From Okamejei kenojei (lineage: Eukaryota), in assembly GCA_035221665.1 (NCBI GenBank), contig CM069162.1, positions 24,242,001 through 24,306,000 of the forward strand: a stretch of DNA of 64,000 nucleotides. Reading direction: 5' to 3'. Position numbers and translations under genes: made by a program. This document shows positions 63,785 to 64,000 of this stretch, piece by piece. The first letter of the stretch is position 1, and each line of letters begins with the position of its first letter. Below the pieces are notes generated by a model. It ran no database searches. It had not been told where the DNA came from and was given only the letters and a program-made list of their open reading frames with translations.

Positions 63785-63940
63785 AAACACAAAGTGCTGG
63801 AGTAATTCAGCGGATCAGGCAGCATTTCTGGAGAGTACAGATGGTTGACATTTCAGGTTGGGAAGGGTCACCTCTCCATTTTCTCTGAAGTCATCAATCC
63901 ATGTTCTCCAGAGATGCTGCCTGATCCACTGAGTTATTCA
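63785..63940. mobile_element. Penelope-type terminal repeat, inverted pair (older)
   Basis: ACACAAAGTGCTGGAGTAATTCAGCGGATCAGGCAGCAT...CTGGAG mirrored by CTCCAGAGATGCTGCCTGATCCACTGAGTTA. Confidence 0.78.
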
Positions 63941-64000
63941 TTTTAAATACTTATGTTTTCACTTGAGTTTGATTAATCTTTAAGTTTTTGAACTTGTCAG

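Overview
Eukaryotic, repeat-rich, apparently gene-free (intergenic or intronic) DNA. The repeat repertoire suggests a cartilaginous fish, most likely a skate/ray (inference): HE1-like tRNA/V-SINEs, many CR1 LINE fragments, Penelope-like elements with short terminal repeats, Rex1/Babar, RTE, Tc1 and DeuSINE-like relics. No host protein-coding exon could be supported; every interpretable ORF is a decayed transposon fragment. The standout is a ~143-bp non-coding retroposon (22035-22177, minus strand; second copy 55096-55231). Its first 54 nt fold by eye into a complete minimal HDV-like self-cleaving ribozyme whose predicted cleavage site coincides with the target-site-duplication boundary, followed by a 3' stem-loop and a (GAA)n tail. 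A second ribozyme class, minimal hammerhead motifs, sits in the many Penelope terminal-repeat copies, including a tandem intact pair at 45955/46139. Also present: a complete non-autonomous hAT (8-bp TSD) with an internal fold-back, a Harbinger-like MITE, an L1-type 3' insertion with a 15-bp TSD, and two near-perfect hairpins. All calls are by visual inspection; boundaries of old repeats are approximate.
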